From assembly GCA_951406725.2 (NCBI GenBank), contig OX597815.1, positions 167,400,001-167,464,000 on the forward strand: 64,000 bases of DNA. Direction: 5' to 3'. The position numbers and the translations under genes are program-made. The DNA comes from Octopus vulgaris (taxonomy: Eukaryota). Of the stretch, positions 1 to 13,310 are shown piece after piece (position 1 is the first letter of the stretch; every line of letters begins with the position of its first letter). The notes under the pieces are model-generated. The model was not told the DNA's origin, ran no database searches, and saw nothing but the letters and a program-made list of their open reading frames with translations.

Positions 1-10
1 GTATACCTTT

Positions 11-326
11 TATTCTTTTTACTTGTTTCAGTCATTTGACTGTGGTCATGCTGGAGCACAGCCTTTAGTCGAGCAAATCGACCTCAGGACTTATTCTTTG
101 TAAGCCTAGTCCTTATTCTATCGGCCTCTTTTGCCGAACCACTAAGTTGCGGGCACGTAAACACACCAGTATCGGTTGTCAAGCGACAAACACAGACACA
201 CAAACATATACTATAGCCCGAGGCTATAGGTGAAGACGCTTGCTCAAGGTACCACGAAGTGGGACTGAACCCAGAATCATGTGGTTGGTAAGGAAGCTAC
301 TTACCACAGAGCCACTCCTACGCCTA
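11..326 (-). mobile_element. tRNA-derived SINE, family A (octopus-type), internally deleted copy
   Basis: Reverse complement matches the full copy at 22970-23368: tRNA-like head (ggttcagtcccac B-box-like) and 3' tail cagtcaaatgactgaaacaagtaaaag. Confidence 0.85.
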
Positions 327-334
327 TATATATA

Positions 335-985
335 TTGGGTTGGCAACTAAGTTTTGGAATTTATTGCGTTTTTAAATTTTGAAATCTTTTTTCGAGAATT
401 GTATTTTTGAATCGCTTTGGAATCTTTTTTTTTTCTAGTTAATTTTAATTAATTTTTGTTTATTTTCAGATCATTAACATAGAAGGTCAAGTTAAGAAAA
501 TCAAGCATTTTAGACACCTCCTTCTTTTTGCTTTTAATCAAGATTCTAAGGCCGCGAAAGCTGCTCACGACATTTATGCTGCGTATATAGGAGGTGCCAT
601 AGCTGAAAGGACCGCTCGTGATTTGTATGTCAAGTTCAAAAACGGAAATTTTGACATCAAAGACGCACCTCGTTCTGGTCGTCCAGTTGAGTGCGATGAA
701 GAGCGATTAAACCAACTTTTGCGCGAAAATTCTAGTCAAACGACAAGGGAACTGGTAGAGAAAATGGAATGCTCCCACACTGCTATAGAGAAGCATCTTC
801 ACTCGATGGAAAAGGTTCAGAAGTATGGAGCATGAGTTCTGCATGCTTTAAGTGAGAACTACAAAAATCAACGAGCCACAATCTCCGCTCATCTCATGGA
901 CTCAAGCAACGATTTCTTTACTGAATCGTTACAGGCGACGAAAACTTGTGCCTGTATATCAATACGAAGTATAATAAGGGATGAC
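335..985 (+). mobile_element. Mariner (mellifera-like) transposon, 5' half with decayed transposase
   Basis: TA followed by TIR ttgggttggcaactaag; translation gives HFRHLLLFAFNQ...DAPRSGRP...KYGA*VLHAL (WVPHEL motif) and IVTGDE (first catalytic Asp); stops and frameshifts; no 3' TIR seen. Confidence 0.9.
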
Positions 986-1556
986 CACTAAGTGGACATC
1001 CAATATGCTAGAAGAAAATCACCTACGATCTATTATACGCATGTATGACTATTATACGCTTGTATTTCAATTTTTCTGAATTTTCAGATTTTTCTATATG
1101 CTAGGCAACTGGTTTTAAATTGATGTTAATTAAATTAATATTCAATTTATCACCCTCATTATTTAAATTTTAAATAATTATGTCTCTAACAGGCAACATT
1201 AACAGCAGTAAATTATCTACTGCGGAACTGTTTCCGGGATTTAGCGCGCCAGAACTTAGACATTTGAAAATAACCCCAATGTATCAGTAAAACTATACAC
1301 ACGTCTAATTTTATGAGGACAATCCGTATATAGTTCTACAAATTATATTGAATTGGAACGATTGTCCTGGGGTCCACGGACGATGTTACGTAAGTAAAAT
1401 CGCTAATGACGAAACCGGTCTACGATTCATTCTGTACTCTGTATATTTTCATCTGTCTTACCCGCTTATGTTCTGGTGTTTGCTGAATTTCTCTAGAGAA
1501 CATTCTTTTCTTTGTGGTTAGATGGTAGGTGATCTTCTAGCATATTAGATGTACGC

Positions 1557-1630
<74 letters not shown>

Positions 1631-1643
1631 ATAATATATATAT

Positions 1644-1699
<56 letters not shown>

Positions 1700-1744
1700 G
1701 AATAAATGAAAAGAATGGAGTCGAACGAAGATTTTAACAAAATT

Positions 1745-1839
1745 CCTTTACTTTCGACATATGTTTCGAAGACTGCATACTCTTAATTCTGAAGGAATGA
1801 AGGTTGCATTATGCCGTCTTCTCATCAGGAAATACAAGG
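1745..1839 (-). ncRNA. Type I hammerhead ribozyme, intact core
   Basis: Minus strand: ccttgtatttc-CTGATGA-gaagacggcat...atgcagtcttc-GAAAC-atat-GTC-gaaagtaaagg; stems I and II pair; palindromic loop III. Confidence 0.85.
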
Positions 1840-1971
1840 AACTTCTATCGGCCTTAAGACGAACAAAAGCTTCTTAATGACTGCCTACATGGTTTCCACA
1901 TGATTATCACTGTGGAAACCATGTAGGCAGTCATTAAGAAGCTTTTGTTCGTCTTAAGGCTGATAGAGGTT

Positions 1972-2066
1972 CCTTGTATTTCCTAATGAGAAAATGGCAT
2001 AATGCAACCTTCATTCCTTCAGAATTAAGAGTATGCAGTCTTCGAAACATATGTCGAAAGTAAAGG
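1972..2066 (+). ncRNA. Type I hammerhead ribozyme, core mutated (CUAAUGA, G5A)
   Basis: Inverted copy of 1745-1839 with ctaatga at 1983-1989 and GAAACatatGTC at 2044-2055. Confidence 0.75.
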
Positions 2067-2304
2067 AATTTTGTTAAAATCTTCGTTCGACTCCATTCTT
2101 TTCATTTATTCATATAAAAAAACACACAAATTTCCACACACGAACACGGGGTTCTGCCCTTGGCGTGTAACTTCAACCGTGTTTTACTGACGTGAATTTG
2201 CTACCCAGGTATCGATTAACCGAATTATCCATACTAGGATAATTCATTCATCTATTTAACTATATATATATATATATAAATATACATATATCTATATATA
2301 TCTA

Positions 2305-2359
<55 letters not shown>

Positions 2360-2573
2360 AGTGGTCACTATATTGATCACTCTAGCACCAGCCAAAAGGT
2401 TGAAACCTTTTGGATTAACCAATATAGTGACCACTCTCTTATATTTATTTTGTGAAAATATTATAATATGTTATAAAATATTATAATAATCCAGGTTTCT
2501 CGTAGCACTAGGCCACTTGGTGTGGAATAAATATACTATTAAATTAGTATCTAATTCTCTCACCCTTATTAAT

Positions 2574-2625
<52 letters not shown>

Positions 2626-2640
2626 TAGTTATCGCCAACC

Positions 2641-2982
2641 TAACATAGCAGTCCAGAAAATAGGACGAATACTGCCGTTGATTAGCCCCAAGATGCCATC
2701 GCCTCTAGATAGCTATGTCACACACGAACCGGTGTCCATTATAACCTTCGAACAGGGGAGGTCAGCCACTTCCCCTTGCTGGTCTGACATCTACAGACTA
2801 GTCTTAGGGTATTTGTCACTTATCAATGTAGAGCAGCCGAACCCAACAGGCGTCGATACTGACCGTCTGTTCGAAAGTTATAATGGATACAGGTTCGTAT
2901 GTCACATAGCTAGGTAGAGGCGATGGCCTCTTGGAGTGAATCAGCGACAACATTCGTTCCTATTATTCTGGACTGCTATGTT
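2641..2982. mobile_element. Fold-back/MITE-like element with ~125-bp imperfect inverted arms, inserted in (TA)n
   Basis: taacatagcagtccagaa...ggtcag (2641-2767) pairs with ctgacc...ttctggactgctatgtta (~2859-2982). Confidence 0.75.
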
Positions 2983-3036
2983 AATATCCAGTACCACTTT
3001 AGAGAGACTTAGAAATATTAATATAAATATAAATAT

Positions 3037-3128
<92 letters not shown>

Positions 3129-5637
3129 TACATTTACACCCGATTATGGATTTGTGTTACAATATTCCCGATGTGACAGGAGTAAGCGGAGCATGAGCAT
3201 TCAGTGAACGAAAATGGTCGCTGAAGAGATCACAGACGAGTGACGAAGAATCTCGAGACAATGGACATAAGATAGAATAAAACAGTAACAATCGCGTGAA
3301 GAACGAATATATATTGCGTGTGTTTATTTGAAAAAAAAAATGACTGCCTCGAAATATAAGAATATTTACAATACACATATATGTGTGTGTGTTGGTGTGT
3401 GTATGTGTATAAGCAGGAGGAGAAGGATAAATAGCACAGAGATATACGGATGCATAAGACACATAGTGCGGTAGAGGAGCTCATTCATAATTAAATGTAG
3501 TATGCAATTTGCCCACTCATCTCAAACTATTTCATTCATTACTAGTATGAATGGATCTTAACATAAAGGATTATTTCAAAGTTAAAATAGCCATTTGTAG
3601 ATGAACACAAACGCTCTTCATAACTACTAGAATACGAATTTGACCTTGAAATACTGAATAGACAAGAGACGAAGTATTAAAAATGGACAATACCTGTCTA
3701 CATATTTACTATAAATTAACAGTAAGGTTTATTGTGTACAACTTTTGTTAACACGTCTGATAATTTATGTAGACATTTGTAAAAATGAAAACAAGGCAGA
3801 TTTTCTCTGTGTGGGAATAATTGAATAGTTTGTTGGGGTTTTTTCCAAGGATATAATACTTTAGCAATAGTACATCTCTAAATAGATTCAGTTTTCCAAT
3901 AATTATATGCATAGATAAGAAGCTGTATTATACAGATAATTGTAACAAATGTTCACTTATAGGCCAATTGCATGAGTTTATAAGTCGACCATAAGCGAAT
4001 TTAATGGGTTATTTACCATTCATGCTTTAGCAACAAACATTCCAGCAACTGAATTTGACAAATCCTACTTAGGTAAATTCTAATTTGAAACGTTTTGAGA
4101 TATTTTCAATAGCCTTGGAAAATAACCCGATACATTATCATTTCAAATAAAATTATGGTTATAAATTTTGGTACAAGCCCAGTAATTTTCAGGGTAGGGA
4201 GAAAGTTGATGACATCAACCTGAATACTTGTTCTGAAAAGATGAACATCAAAGCTGAACCTGGTAGTACTTGAAATCAGAATGTAAAGATCAGACAGCAA
4301 TACTACTTGGCATTCTGTCCGATACGCTATCAATTCTACCAACTCACGACCTACATTCTAAAAGAAATAACTGATGAACTACTAAAATATAGTTAACATT
4401 CATAATGTTTTCTTTTAAAGTTTCTTTAAAATACTAATATTAATACCTATGATCTCGCCATAAGAAATAAATTGAAATTCAGATCGCATGAATCACACTG
4501 GACGACATGATTGAGAAACTGTTGTTATTTTTGTTGTGCAATCCCAGGTCAATTTTTGGTAAAAAGGCATTCAAATCAGATCCATCATATAGTATTTCTG
4601 AGACATGGAATCACAAGAACTATTCATCTCAATTAATTTTTCCTCTTCAAGAGTATAAGGTGTGCTTTGTGGAAGAATCAGTTACTATTTCTAGCAAAAC
4701 AAGAGACCCCTTTTTGGTTCCAGCGATTGGGGAATAGTCATTGGCCATTGTTATTGTTCTTAACCCCAGATCAGCATAGGTTAAATAAATATATAATCAA
4801 GCACATACCACATCTTGTCAGTAAATTGTTATCTAGAACTATGTTGCCCACTGTTTATTTCCTTTCTTGAGACACTAGGGAGTGTTTTGAAGCACATTTA
4901 ACTGCTTTTTCTAGAAATGGACCGACATTGTAAATGTTCCCAGGTTGACTCGCTCAATTAAGACATTCCCTTCTTATTGTCCACTTTGAAACACAAATAC
5001 CTTTCTATTGTTTGGCAAAATTATTTGCTAAAAGTCTCAGCGAAGGGAATGTATGTGTGTGTACGTGTGTGTTTGAGTATGTGTGATTGTATGAATGTGG
5101 ATAGTATGTCACCTAGAATGTCAGGCAAAACAAAGCAGAGGAAAGAATGAGTCTAATCAGATATTAATTATTTATTGTTACTTGTCCTATGCTGCAAAAT
5201 TAAAAAAGTTTGGGAAATATAGAAAAAGTTTCAAAATGGCTATATCTTTGCTCACCGCCCAACAGGAGGGGGTGTGCATTATGAAGTTGAAAATATGTAG
5301 TATAGTGTGGGAGATGTTGATTTCGAACAGTAACACCATCAGTAGTACCAACATTAAGACAATAGTGATAACAACTATAACAACAACAGAGTGGTAATAA
5401 CAAGCAACAACAAGGAAGTGGAGTGAGAACGATGACCTTCCTGGTGTTGATTTCCATGAACATTAACTGGCTGAACTTCTCCGAAAAACTTTCGGACAGG
5501 GACCAATAGATAATTTCCTGAGATGGACGTACGAAGAGCCCATAGCAGGCTCCTGCTATATCTTCTAGAACTTTCTCCATTTCGTCTTTGTGCCACTCCA
5601 CCAAGTTCGATCGATAGCTGCAAAGCTCTTTCTGTTG

Positions 5638-5675
<38 letters not shown>

Positions 5676-6671
5676 GTTTTCTGTCGTTGTATATAGCCAC
5701 ATAAACTTTCCACATAAACTTTACTGTATATTCGTCGTTACGAGATTTACAAAAATTAAGCCAAGCACAAACTATATAGCAGTAACTGTAAAGGTAGGAA
5801 AATTTAGAATTTAAAAATGTGGGTAACATAACCCTTTTATTTATTTATTTATTCATTTACTTACCCACTTATTTATTTATTTCTTCAATAATTTATTCAT
5901 TCATTCATTTATTTATATATTTTTACAGGAAAATAGTCGATTTTATTGTCCTCAGTAATTTGAATGTTACTCGTTTAACGACGTAGGAATGATGAAAAGT
6001 GAATTCAACCTCAGTAGGACTAAATACAGAACGTAATATGCTGCAACTAAATTCTGAAAGTGCGTTTCAACTCTGTACTGATTCTATCTTTCTTCCAGCT
6101 TAAACGGATTAGCTATACAATATACAACTTGATAAAGAAACGGTCTTTCTATGGGTAGAGTTCTTAGTGCCCAAAGCAAATTCCATCTGAAAAATTCTGT
6201 TACTATTCTGAAACTGTATCTTTAGAATTTAGAAGAGCATAGGTACTGTTCTAAAAACTTTTGGTGAAGTTTCTATTTGTATTCTTTTTTTTTTCATATA
6301 TCTGAAACATTCTTCCTTTGGTATTAAAACTGTTCTCATTACTTGATTGTATTACTCATCATTTTTTTATTTTCTTTCGCAACATCAGAGATCTTCATAA
6401 TTTTCATTTTTTATACTGCAATATTTAAGACTTTATTTCATCCAATACTGATACAACTACATGGGAAACAAAATGAAAGAAAGAAAATTAATACGATATT
6501 TAAGCGTTGACATGCTTGATATTACAAATATGAGCAATATTGGGGTGCAAACCCACAATTTTTTTAATTATTAACTTATAACGTGGACGTATCTAGAAAT
6601 AAAGTCTAGAGCAGTGAGCTGAAACTATAGAGATACGTGAAATATGATTGATTGATTGATCTTTAGATATT

Positions 6672-6888
6672 ACTCTTTACTCTTTTTTTCTTGTTTCAGT
6701 CATTTCACAGCGGCCATGCTGGAGCACCACATTTAGTCGAATCAAATCGACCCCAGCACTTATTCTTTTTGAGCCTAGTACTTATTCTATCGACTTCTTT
6801 TGCCGAACCGCTAAGTAACGGGGACGTAAAAACACCAGCATCGGTTGTCAAGCAATGTTGGGGGGACAAATATAGAGACACAATATAT

Positions 6889-6964
<76 letters not shown>

Positions 6965-7128
6965 GACGGACTTCTTTCAGTTTCCGTCAACCAAATCCAC
7001 TCACAAGGCATTGGTCGGCCCGAGGCTACAGTAGAAGACACTTGCCAAAGGTGCCACGCAGTGGGGCTGGACCCGGAACCATGTGGTTGGTAATCAAGTT
7101 ATTTACCACACAGCCACTCCAGCGCCTA
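6672..7128 (-). mobile_element. SINE family A, full length with internal (TA)n
   Basis: Reverse complement of the 22970-23368 copy along its whole length. Confidence 0.9.
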
Positions 7129-8308
7129 TATAAGAATTTATTTCAAACATATGAATAAACTTATTGTAAATTAATAGAAATTACAGGTCAGTGTGCAGGG
7201 TTAACGACATTGTGCATGAATTTTGTTGTGATTATATGTCTGCCTCATCGAGAAATAAGATGCAGTCACAAATTAATTCTCTCACAAAATTTTAGAAGAG
7301 ATTTTCATACGTGATAGTGTAAACTCAGTTTTGTATCTTTGTTGTTATGCGTTCCTCTCGGTTACTTGCCAAAAATAAAAGAAGCTGCACTTAAAATGCA
7401 AGTATATTATTAAATCTACAACACAACTTGCAATATGTGTAATGGAATAACGAAAACATCGAAAAATAAAAATAACAAGGAAAATGGAAAAAGATACGAA
7501 CAAAACTAAGAAAAATGAAGACGAAAATAAAGGACACATTATATACACGACTTGAAGTAAATTTCCTTAGTCGCCCATCAAAATACCGATGATCTTGAAC
7601 TACGACACATACATAAAAACATAAGGCCAGGTCAGTTATTTCTTGTTATATTTCTCAGCATGATTGTTTTATCTCAGATCTACTGAAGGGAAGCAGCACG
7701 ATTATTTTGGCATTTGGTCTTGATATCAGATAACCTATAGGATTGTTTTCCAGATAAGGAAAAAATAGTTCCTCCACAATATATCGGATAAATCCTACCT
7801 ATTGTATGTATGTTGAACAGAGATTTGCGAAATTCGAACCAGGCGCCATGTGCGTTAGTAGCAGCCATAACAGTTTAAGAATTAATAACAATAAGATATA
7901 CAACCTTTTGAGGTAACTATGTTAGACATGAGATAAAGCTCTCAACGAGTCGAAACATACTCTGTTTTGATTTTCTGCTAAAAAAAATTTATATCATTTA
8001 TTTCAGCAGTGTTTTGGAAAGAAACGTGAAGATCACAATGTGATTTCTCCTTAATGCTAATGCTAAAATACAAGGCACTTCGTCGCGAGTTCAAAAAGAA
8101 ACTACTGATGTAAAGAACATTTTTCTCCCTTTCACTTCATGATATTTTTATCAGGTATTTCTTCCTCATCTGAAGTTTCGGAATTCAGAAGATTTTTTCA
8201 GATGTTTTAAATAAATTATAAATGGAAGGAAAAAAATATGCAGAACTGAAACTTTATTCAGCGGTCTGGATCTGCTACCATTCAAAGAATTCGATTTGTA
8301 TATGTATA

Positions 8309-8828
8309 CCGTAAATCCTCGAGTATAGTCCGCCCTTGAGTATAATACGCAAGGAATTTTTAGGGAGCTGTACCTCTGAAAAACTTAAACCTTGTGTATA
8401 ACACGCACCTCTTCTTTAACTTGAGTCGTGCGTAATTAAGCCAGCAGCACCTAGTCGAACAAACACTTCCGTGCATGCGTAATACAATAATCGTGATGTT
8501 CTTAAATGTTATATGGGAATGTAAATATGTTTGCAAATTGTTTTTGTTACATGTTATTCTGTGTTGTGAATACTTTTATTTTAATAAATGTTGTTCACTG
8601 CAAGTTATGGATGATTCTTTTGACTTCATTGCTTTCAGGCTTAGCTTAAGATATTTTCGGGCCCGACATCACAAAATGCGTCTGAATAGACATTGCCGGA
8701 CAGCAATTATAGACTCGGACATTGCTTAGAAAATAGTTTTCACTTTTAACCTCGATTATAGTACCCACTAGGGATTTTGACCTTTAAATTTTCGGAAAAA
8801 AATGCGGATTATACTCGAGGATTTACGG
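8309..8828. mobile_element. Tc1/mariner-superfamily (pogo/Tigger-like) MITE
   Basis: TIRs ccgtaaatcctcgagtatagtccgc / gcggattatactcgaggatttacgg; TA on the left and CA (mutated TA) on the right; internal repeats of the ctcgagtata motif. Confidence 0.85.
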
Positions 8829-9480
8829 CATGTGTACTGAAATAAGAAAATATGTATTCAAATAACAAACAGCATACATACAGAGGTAAAATGAAAGTTA
8901 AAATAACTATGAAAACGATTTATAAAAAAATTCGAAAAGTAAACCGTAAGTAGACAACGCAATTAAATTGGTTCTAATTAGCAAAAGGAACCAGGCGGAG
9001 ACATAGATACCGTTTTTACATACTGAGATATAATTCTGACTGCGCAAGAAAATTAAGTTTTAGCACTGCTATGCTGCGAATAGTAGGGATCACAGCTGTT
9101 TGTCGATGAGTATTCAGTTGTTTAATCAACTGAATTACTCGATCCTGAATTAGCGTCTAAGTGACCAAGCATTCCACAGATACATTTATATTTAATGTAA
9201 TTCTGCGAAAGAATCAGCATGGACACAACGTGTGTGAAACAAGGCTGTAACTTTCGAATTAAAGATACAGCACACGTGAAGAGCTTCCATGCATTTCCGT
9301 TGACCTGATTTCATTTACAAAGTATGGGTACATTTGAGACCAAAAAATTGCATTTGATCGAACAGCCACACAGTGCTATCGAACCTGAGACTTGGTTTAT
9401 CGCTACGACACAAGTCTCTTAATCATTCGGCCACATTGCACCAACTAATATCACATTGATAGTTTGTTCATTCACCATAT

Positions 9481-9647
9481 ATATTTCTTTACTACTCACA
9501 AGGGGCTAAACACAGAGAGGACAAACAAGGACAGACAAACGGATTAAGTCGATTACATCGACCCTAGTGTGTAACTGGTATTTAATTTATCGACCCCGAA
9601 AGGATGAAAGGCAAAGTCGATCTCGGTAGAATTTGAACTGAGAACGA
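9481..9647 (-). mobile_element. SINE family B, 5'-truncated, with 16-bp TSD
   Basis: TSD tgttcattcaccatat at 9465-9480 and 9648-9663; body is the reverse complement of the 32762-32970 copy. Confidence 0.85.
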
Positions 9648-10406
9648 TGTTCATTCACCATATGCCAGAAATTATGGTGTTCGTGGTGTTTTAGAGTAAA
9701 AATACGTGACGCAAGCGATAACTAGCCTTAACTAGAAATTGAAACTGAATAGCAGAATGGATTTCACCCGGAATTAACCACTGCTCCACAATAACCTAAT
9801 ATAAATAAAACCGATTAAACCATACCGGAAGTCATCAGATGATTTTGTCTGATTTCTTTTACTTGTTAATTTTTTTCTTACAGAAACCTTGGTATCAATC
9901 GCAACATCAACAATAACCGTTTTATCATCTGAAGAATGATTTTATTTTGATGATGAATCAAAAGGAGGAAGTGAGAAAAAAGGAAGGAAGAAATAAATAA
10001 AGATGAGTAAAAAAAAAAATACAAAGGAAGAGAGGAATGCAAAGTGTGCGCCACGACTTGTTGAACCTCACAGGAAAGGAAAAGTGGCCATCTCAAAATA
10101 CTATAGCAAACAATTGGTTATTTGTTGGAAGTTTACTTTCGCTGTTATGTCGTTCACAAGTGGTAAATAAACTCTTGTTTGGATTTTTTGTTGGTGTTAT
10201 TTGAAGAAAAAAATATGAGGAAATATTACTGCAAAGAAGACAGCGTTAGATAAAGTTATCTCCTGATGTAAGTACAGGATGATCAACCATGTAGATCGGT
10301 CACACACACACTCACATACACATACACACACTCACACACACACACACACACAGAGGAACACATACGTACAAACACGCATACATACATAGATACATACATA
10401 TGACCG

Positions 10407-10452
<46 letters not shown>

Positions 10453-10856
10453 GTATTTACACTTATGTGTATATATACGAATGGATAGAGAATGTATATA
10501 TATATATATATTCACACACACACAATGAGAAATAACGTGAGGAGGAGAGAAAAGGGGAACAGTAAGAAAGATCCAAATGTGTCTCTGTGTGTATATATAT
10601 GTGACGATAGTAATAAATATAAAGGCTATCATAAGTATTATTTTATCATCACCATCAACATCATCAATGCCACCACTACCTTCATCGCCACGTCCATCTC
10701 CACTACCAAACCATCATCATCATCATTAATACCATTATTATCACTACCATGCCTTCACCTTTGCAAATTAAATTCACTGCACCACTTAAAATCTTTCTTT
10801 TACTGTCGGTCAGTTTATAATTCTGTGTATAACGAGCCACTTTTTATTATCAACTA

Positions 10857-11030
10857 CCGTAGTACCCGAGTATAAATCACACCCGTAATTTAGCTTTAAA
10901 TATTGCCACAACATTTTTCTCTTCATATGTTTAATTTTTTCCGTATAATTCATGTATAATTCACGCCGTACATTTTACAGTTAAAATCGAAAAAAATGAA
11001 AATTTGCACGATTTATACACATGTAATAAA
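10857..11030. mobile_element. Degenerate pogo-like MITE
   Basis: ta-ccgtagtacccgagtataaatc start and a decayed gatttatacacatgt end resemble the TIR of 8309-8828. Confidence 0.4.
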
Positions 11031-11289
11031 TAGAGTGCTTTTTGGCATGTTCCCGGACGAAAGAAAAAGCATATTTCGTTGGGCTTATTAATTTAAGTAA
11101 AATACATAAAGATGCGTATTCATATATATGTGTGTATGCGAGTACGTATGAATGTATGAATGTGTGTGTGTGTGTGTGTGTGTGCGTGCGTGTGTGTACT
11201 TGCGTGTGTGTGTGTATACTGGTTCACTCAGTCTTTCGTACCATTTGTGCTCATTCGAACCACACTACCTACGATGAAATGTGATTGTT

Positions 11290-13310
11290 TTTGTTTTGTT
11301 TTGTTTGCATCACGGTTGATAATTTTGCTGAATATTGTTTCATAACACAGGTTTGACCAGCGGGCATCAGGATGGGCGGCTACGTTACAACAATTATGAT
11401 GCGGTTCAATGGACGGGTTTAATGAATATCTCAAACTTTTGGTAGTTCTCCAAGCGGAATAAACAAAGATGGTATCTCATATATGTTCGGTGATATCACT
11501 GCCTATTTTAGGATACAGAATATCTCAGTCAAGTATAGCCAACACTATTGTACACCGTAGTTGTATGGAGTTGCTCAATCCACAGTATTCCGGATGGATA
11601 AAACGCATTCATTGAGATGAATGTGTTGAATTCTCCTTTGCTCTAAATCTGAATGAGTGTATTTGCAGGTTATATCGGCTTTAAAAGATGTTTGTGCAGA
11701 TTCTTGTATAATTTTTCTCCAGATGACACTTGGATTTTTCTTTGGATCCATCATTTAGAGAGTTGTGCTTTACTAAGATGGAGTGTGGGCATTCTGCTGT
11801 CACAAGTTGCTTGTTGAGAATGGGGCTGTCTGGCTGAATGTCTTAAATTCCGCTGTGAAATTTGTGCAGCAATACTATTCAGACCAATACCATAATTGAT
11901 AGCTCTAAAGCTGTATGCCTTAAATAGTTGCATCTATGTGAAGATGAGAAATTGAATATTACAAACGATAAAAAATCTTAGCTACACTGTCGACGACATT
12001 CATATTAAAAGGGAAATTGAACCAAATTACTTTCCTGTTCCTAGTTCCACTGTTTCTTTATGTATACAGTGTGTTACCCTGTATTTTTATTCGTCAGTCG
12101 TTGTAATATGTCGCAACTCTCCGAGTACAAGCTGGATACTTTTAATCGTCTGCATGATTGTTAAACGCAGATTGTTGGTGGAACTCTTGCGTGTGTATTT
12201 GGTTTCTTCAACTGTATATGTTTGCCTTTACAGCCTAAAAAGAAATTAACTTCTCTTAGGATGCTGTAAATGATTGTTTAAATCAAATTACTTAAATATT
12301 CTCAACAGTTCTTTTCTATATCTTATTGTTACAGTTTGTGCCATAGGAAGTTGATAAACTACTGTCTCTTCGTTGTATCAAATTGAATACTTCTGTTTTG
12401 TTTTAGCTGCCAATAGAAACACCAAACAATGGACCCATCCACATTTTCAACACAATAAGAAACTTCGTCATTAGAGCCACTTTTCTGGTGTCCATTCTTA
12501 TCCTGGTATCATGATTCTATTACCAGCATTCATTTTTATTCCGGTAACACGGTTTCTGAGTTAAAGGGTGTAAATTTTCTCCCAAATTCTAAGGTTTTGA
12601 AGAGAACTAATTAAGTTAAAATAGATGAAAGATGACAATGTTAAATTGAATTAAAGGATTTCTTTTAAACACTCCTGAACGACTTACTAACGGTGGAGTT
12701 AGTCTCTAAGTGTTTTTCGTTCTAATGTTAATGGCATCGAGGATACACTTGATGACTAAATCCAGTTCGTTATTTTGCAACAATAATCAACCTGCACCTG
12801 GAGAGGAAATTGGGGATACGGTTTTAATGGTTAATGCATGGTGGAGTGTACTACGAGATGCTCTATTTTTAGCTAGGCGACTAAATTTTCTTTTTTTTTT
12901 TTTCTTCACTTCTATATTTATAGTGTATCGGTGGAGGTCTTGAATTTTTGTCTTTGTATTTTTTGTATTAAATTTTTTATTGTTATATATAGGAAGTTTA
13001 GAGCACGTTGTGTCGTTTAGTTCATGTATATCCTTTGTTTTGTCTGCAAGCCTTTAGTTGTTTAGAGATTATTTGAAAGATTTTATGTAATTGTTCAGGG
13101 AGTTTGGGAGTTGTTAATGCTTGCATCTTATTTTATTTATCAAACTGTAAAGAGTGGTTTCGAATTTTCAACTTCTTTACTTTCGGGGAGGTAGACTTCT
13201 ACGGTCTAAGTCTGTACATGTCTGCGGGTGTTCCGTTTTTCATGTTAGAATGCATTCCATACCATATGCTTGAATACCCTTTCAGTTCCCTTTTTCGATA
13301 CGTTTATGTT
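11290..13310 (-). mobile_element. Heavily decayed Penelope-like element (Naiad-type RT plus start of the GIY-YIG region)
   Basis: Minus-strand fragments KHMVWNAF (RMRWKAF-like), ELDLVIKCILDAINI, IQFNIV (QFDI), RKVIWFNFPF (KIIWFNPP) and CPL occur in the expected order. Confidence 0.7.

Larger units (their letters stand above)
1695..2116. mobile_element. PLE terminal (pLTR) fold-back: 206-bp inverted arms with a 10-nt spacer, flanked by (TA)n
   Basis: 1695-1900 is a near-perfect reverse complement of 1911-2116; each arm carries an HHR motif. Confidence 0.85.

Noticed and set aside
1310-1430. HHR-like ctaatga-c-gaaaccggtc and an upstream aggacaatc/gattgtcct stem
   Set aside because: Core mutated, stem II missing and stem I out of register; at best a dead remnant
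2820-2870. cagccgaa...ctga in the loop of the fold-back resembles the permuted HHR motif
   Set aside because: No GAAA, no CUGANGA and no UH next to the stem, and ctgacc is used in the long arm
4100-5040. Repeat-free stretch with short ORFs on both strands
   Set aside because: No recognisable motifs or paired splice sites; possibly an old transposon
5200-5829. 209-aa minus-strand ORF
   Set aside because: Runs through (TA)n and (TTG)n repeats; only a weak LVEWHKDEM similarity to non-LTR RT thumb regions
9883-9940. Strong acceptor ttttttcttacag
   Set aside because: No good donor, and all frames close within about 20 codons
11560-11680. THSD...GEF...HTTTVY resembling a Gypsy integrase
   Set aside because: Needs frameshifts and lies inside the linker of a collinear PLE relic, which explains the region better
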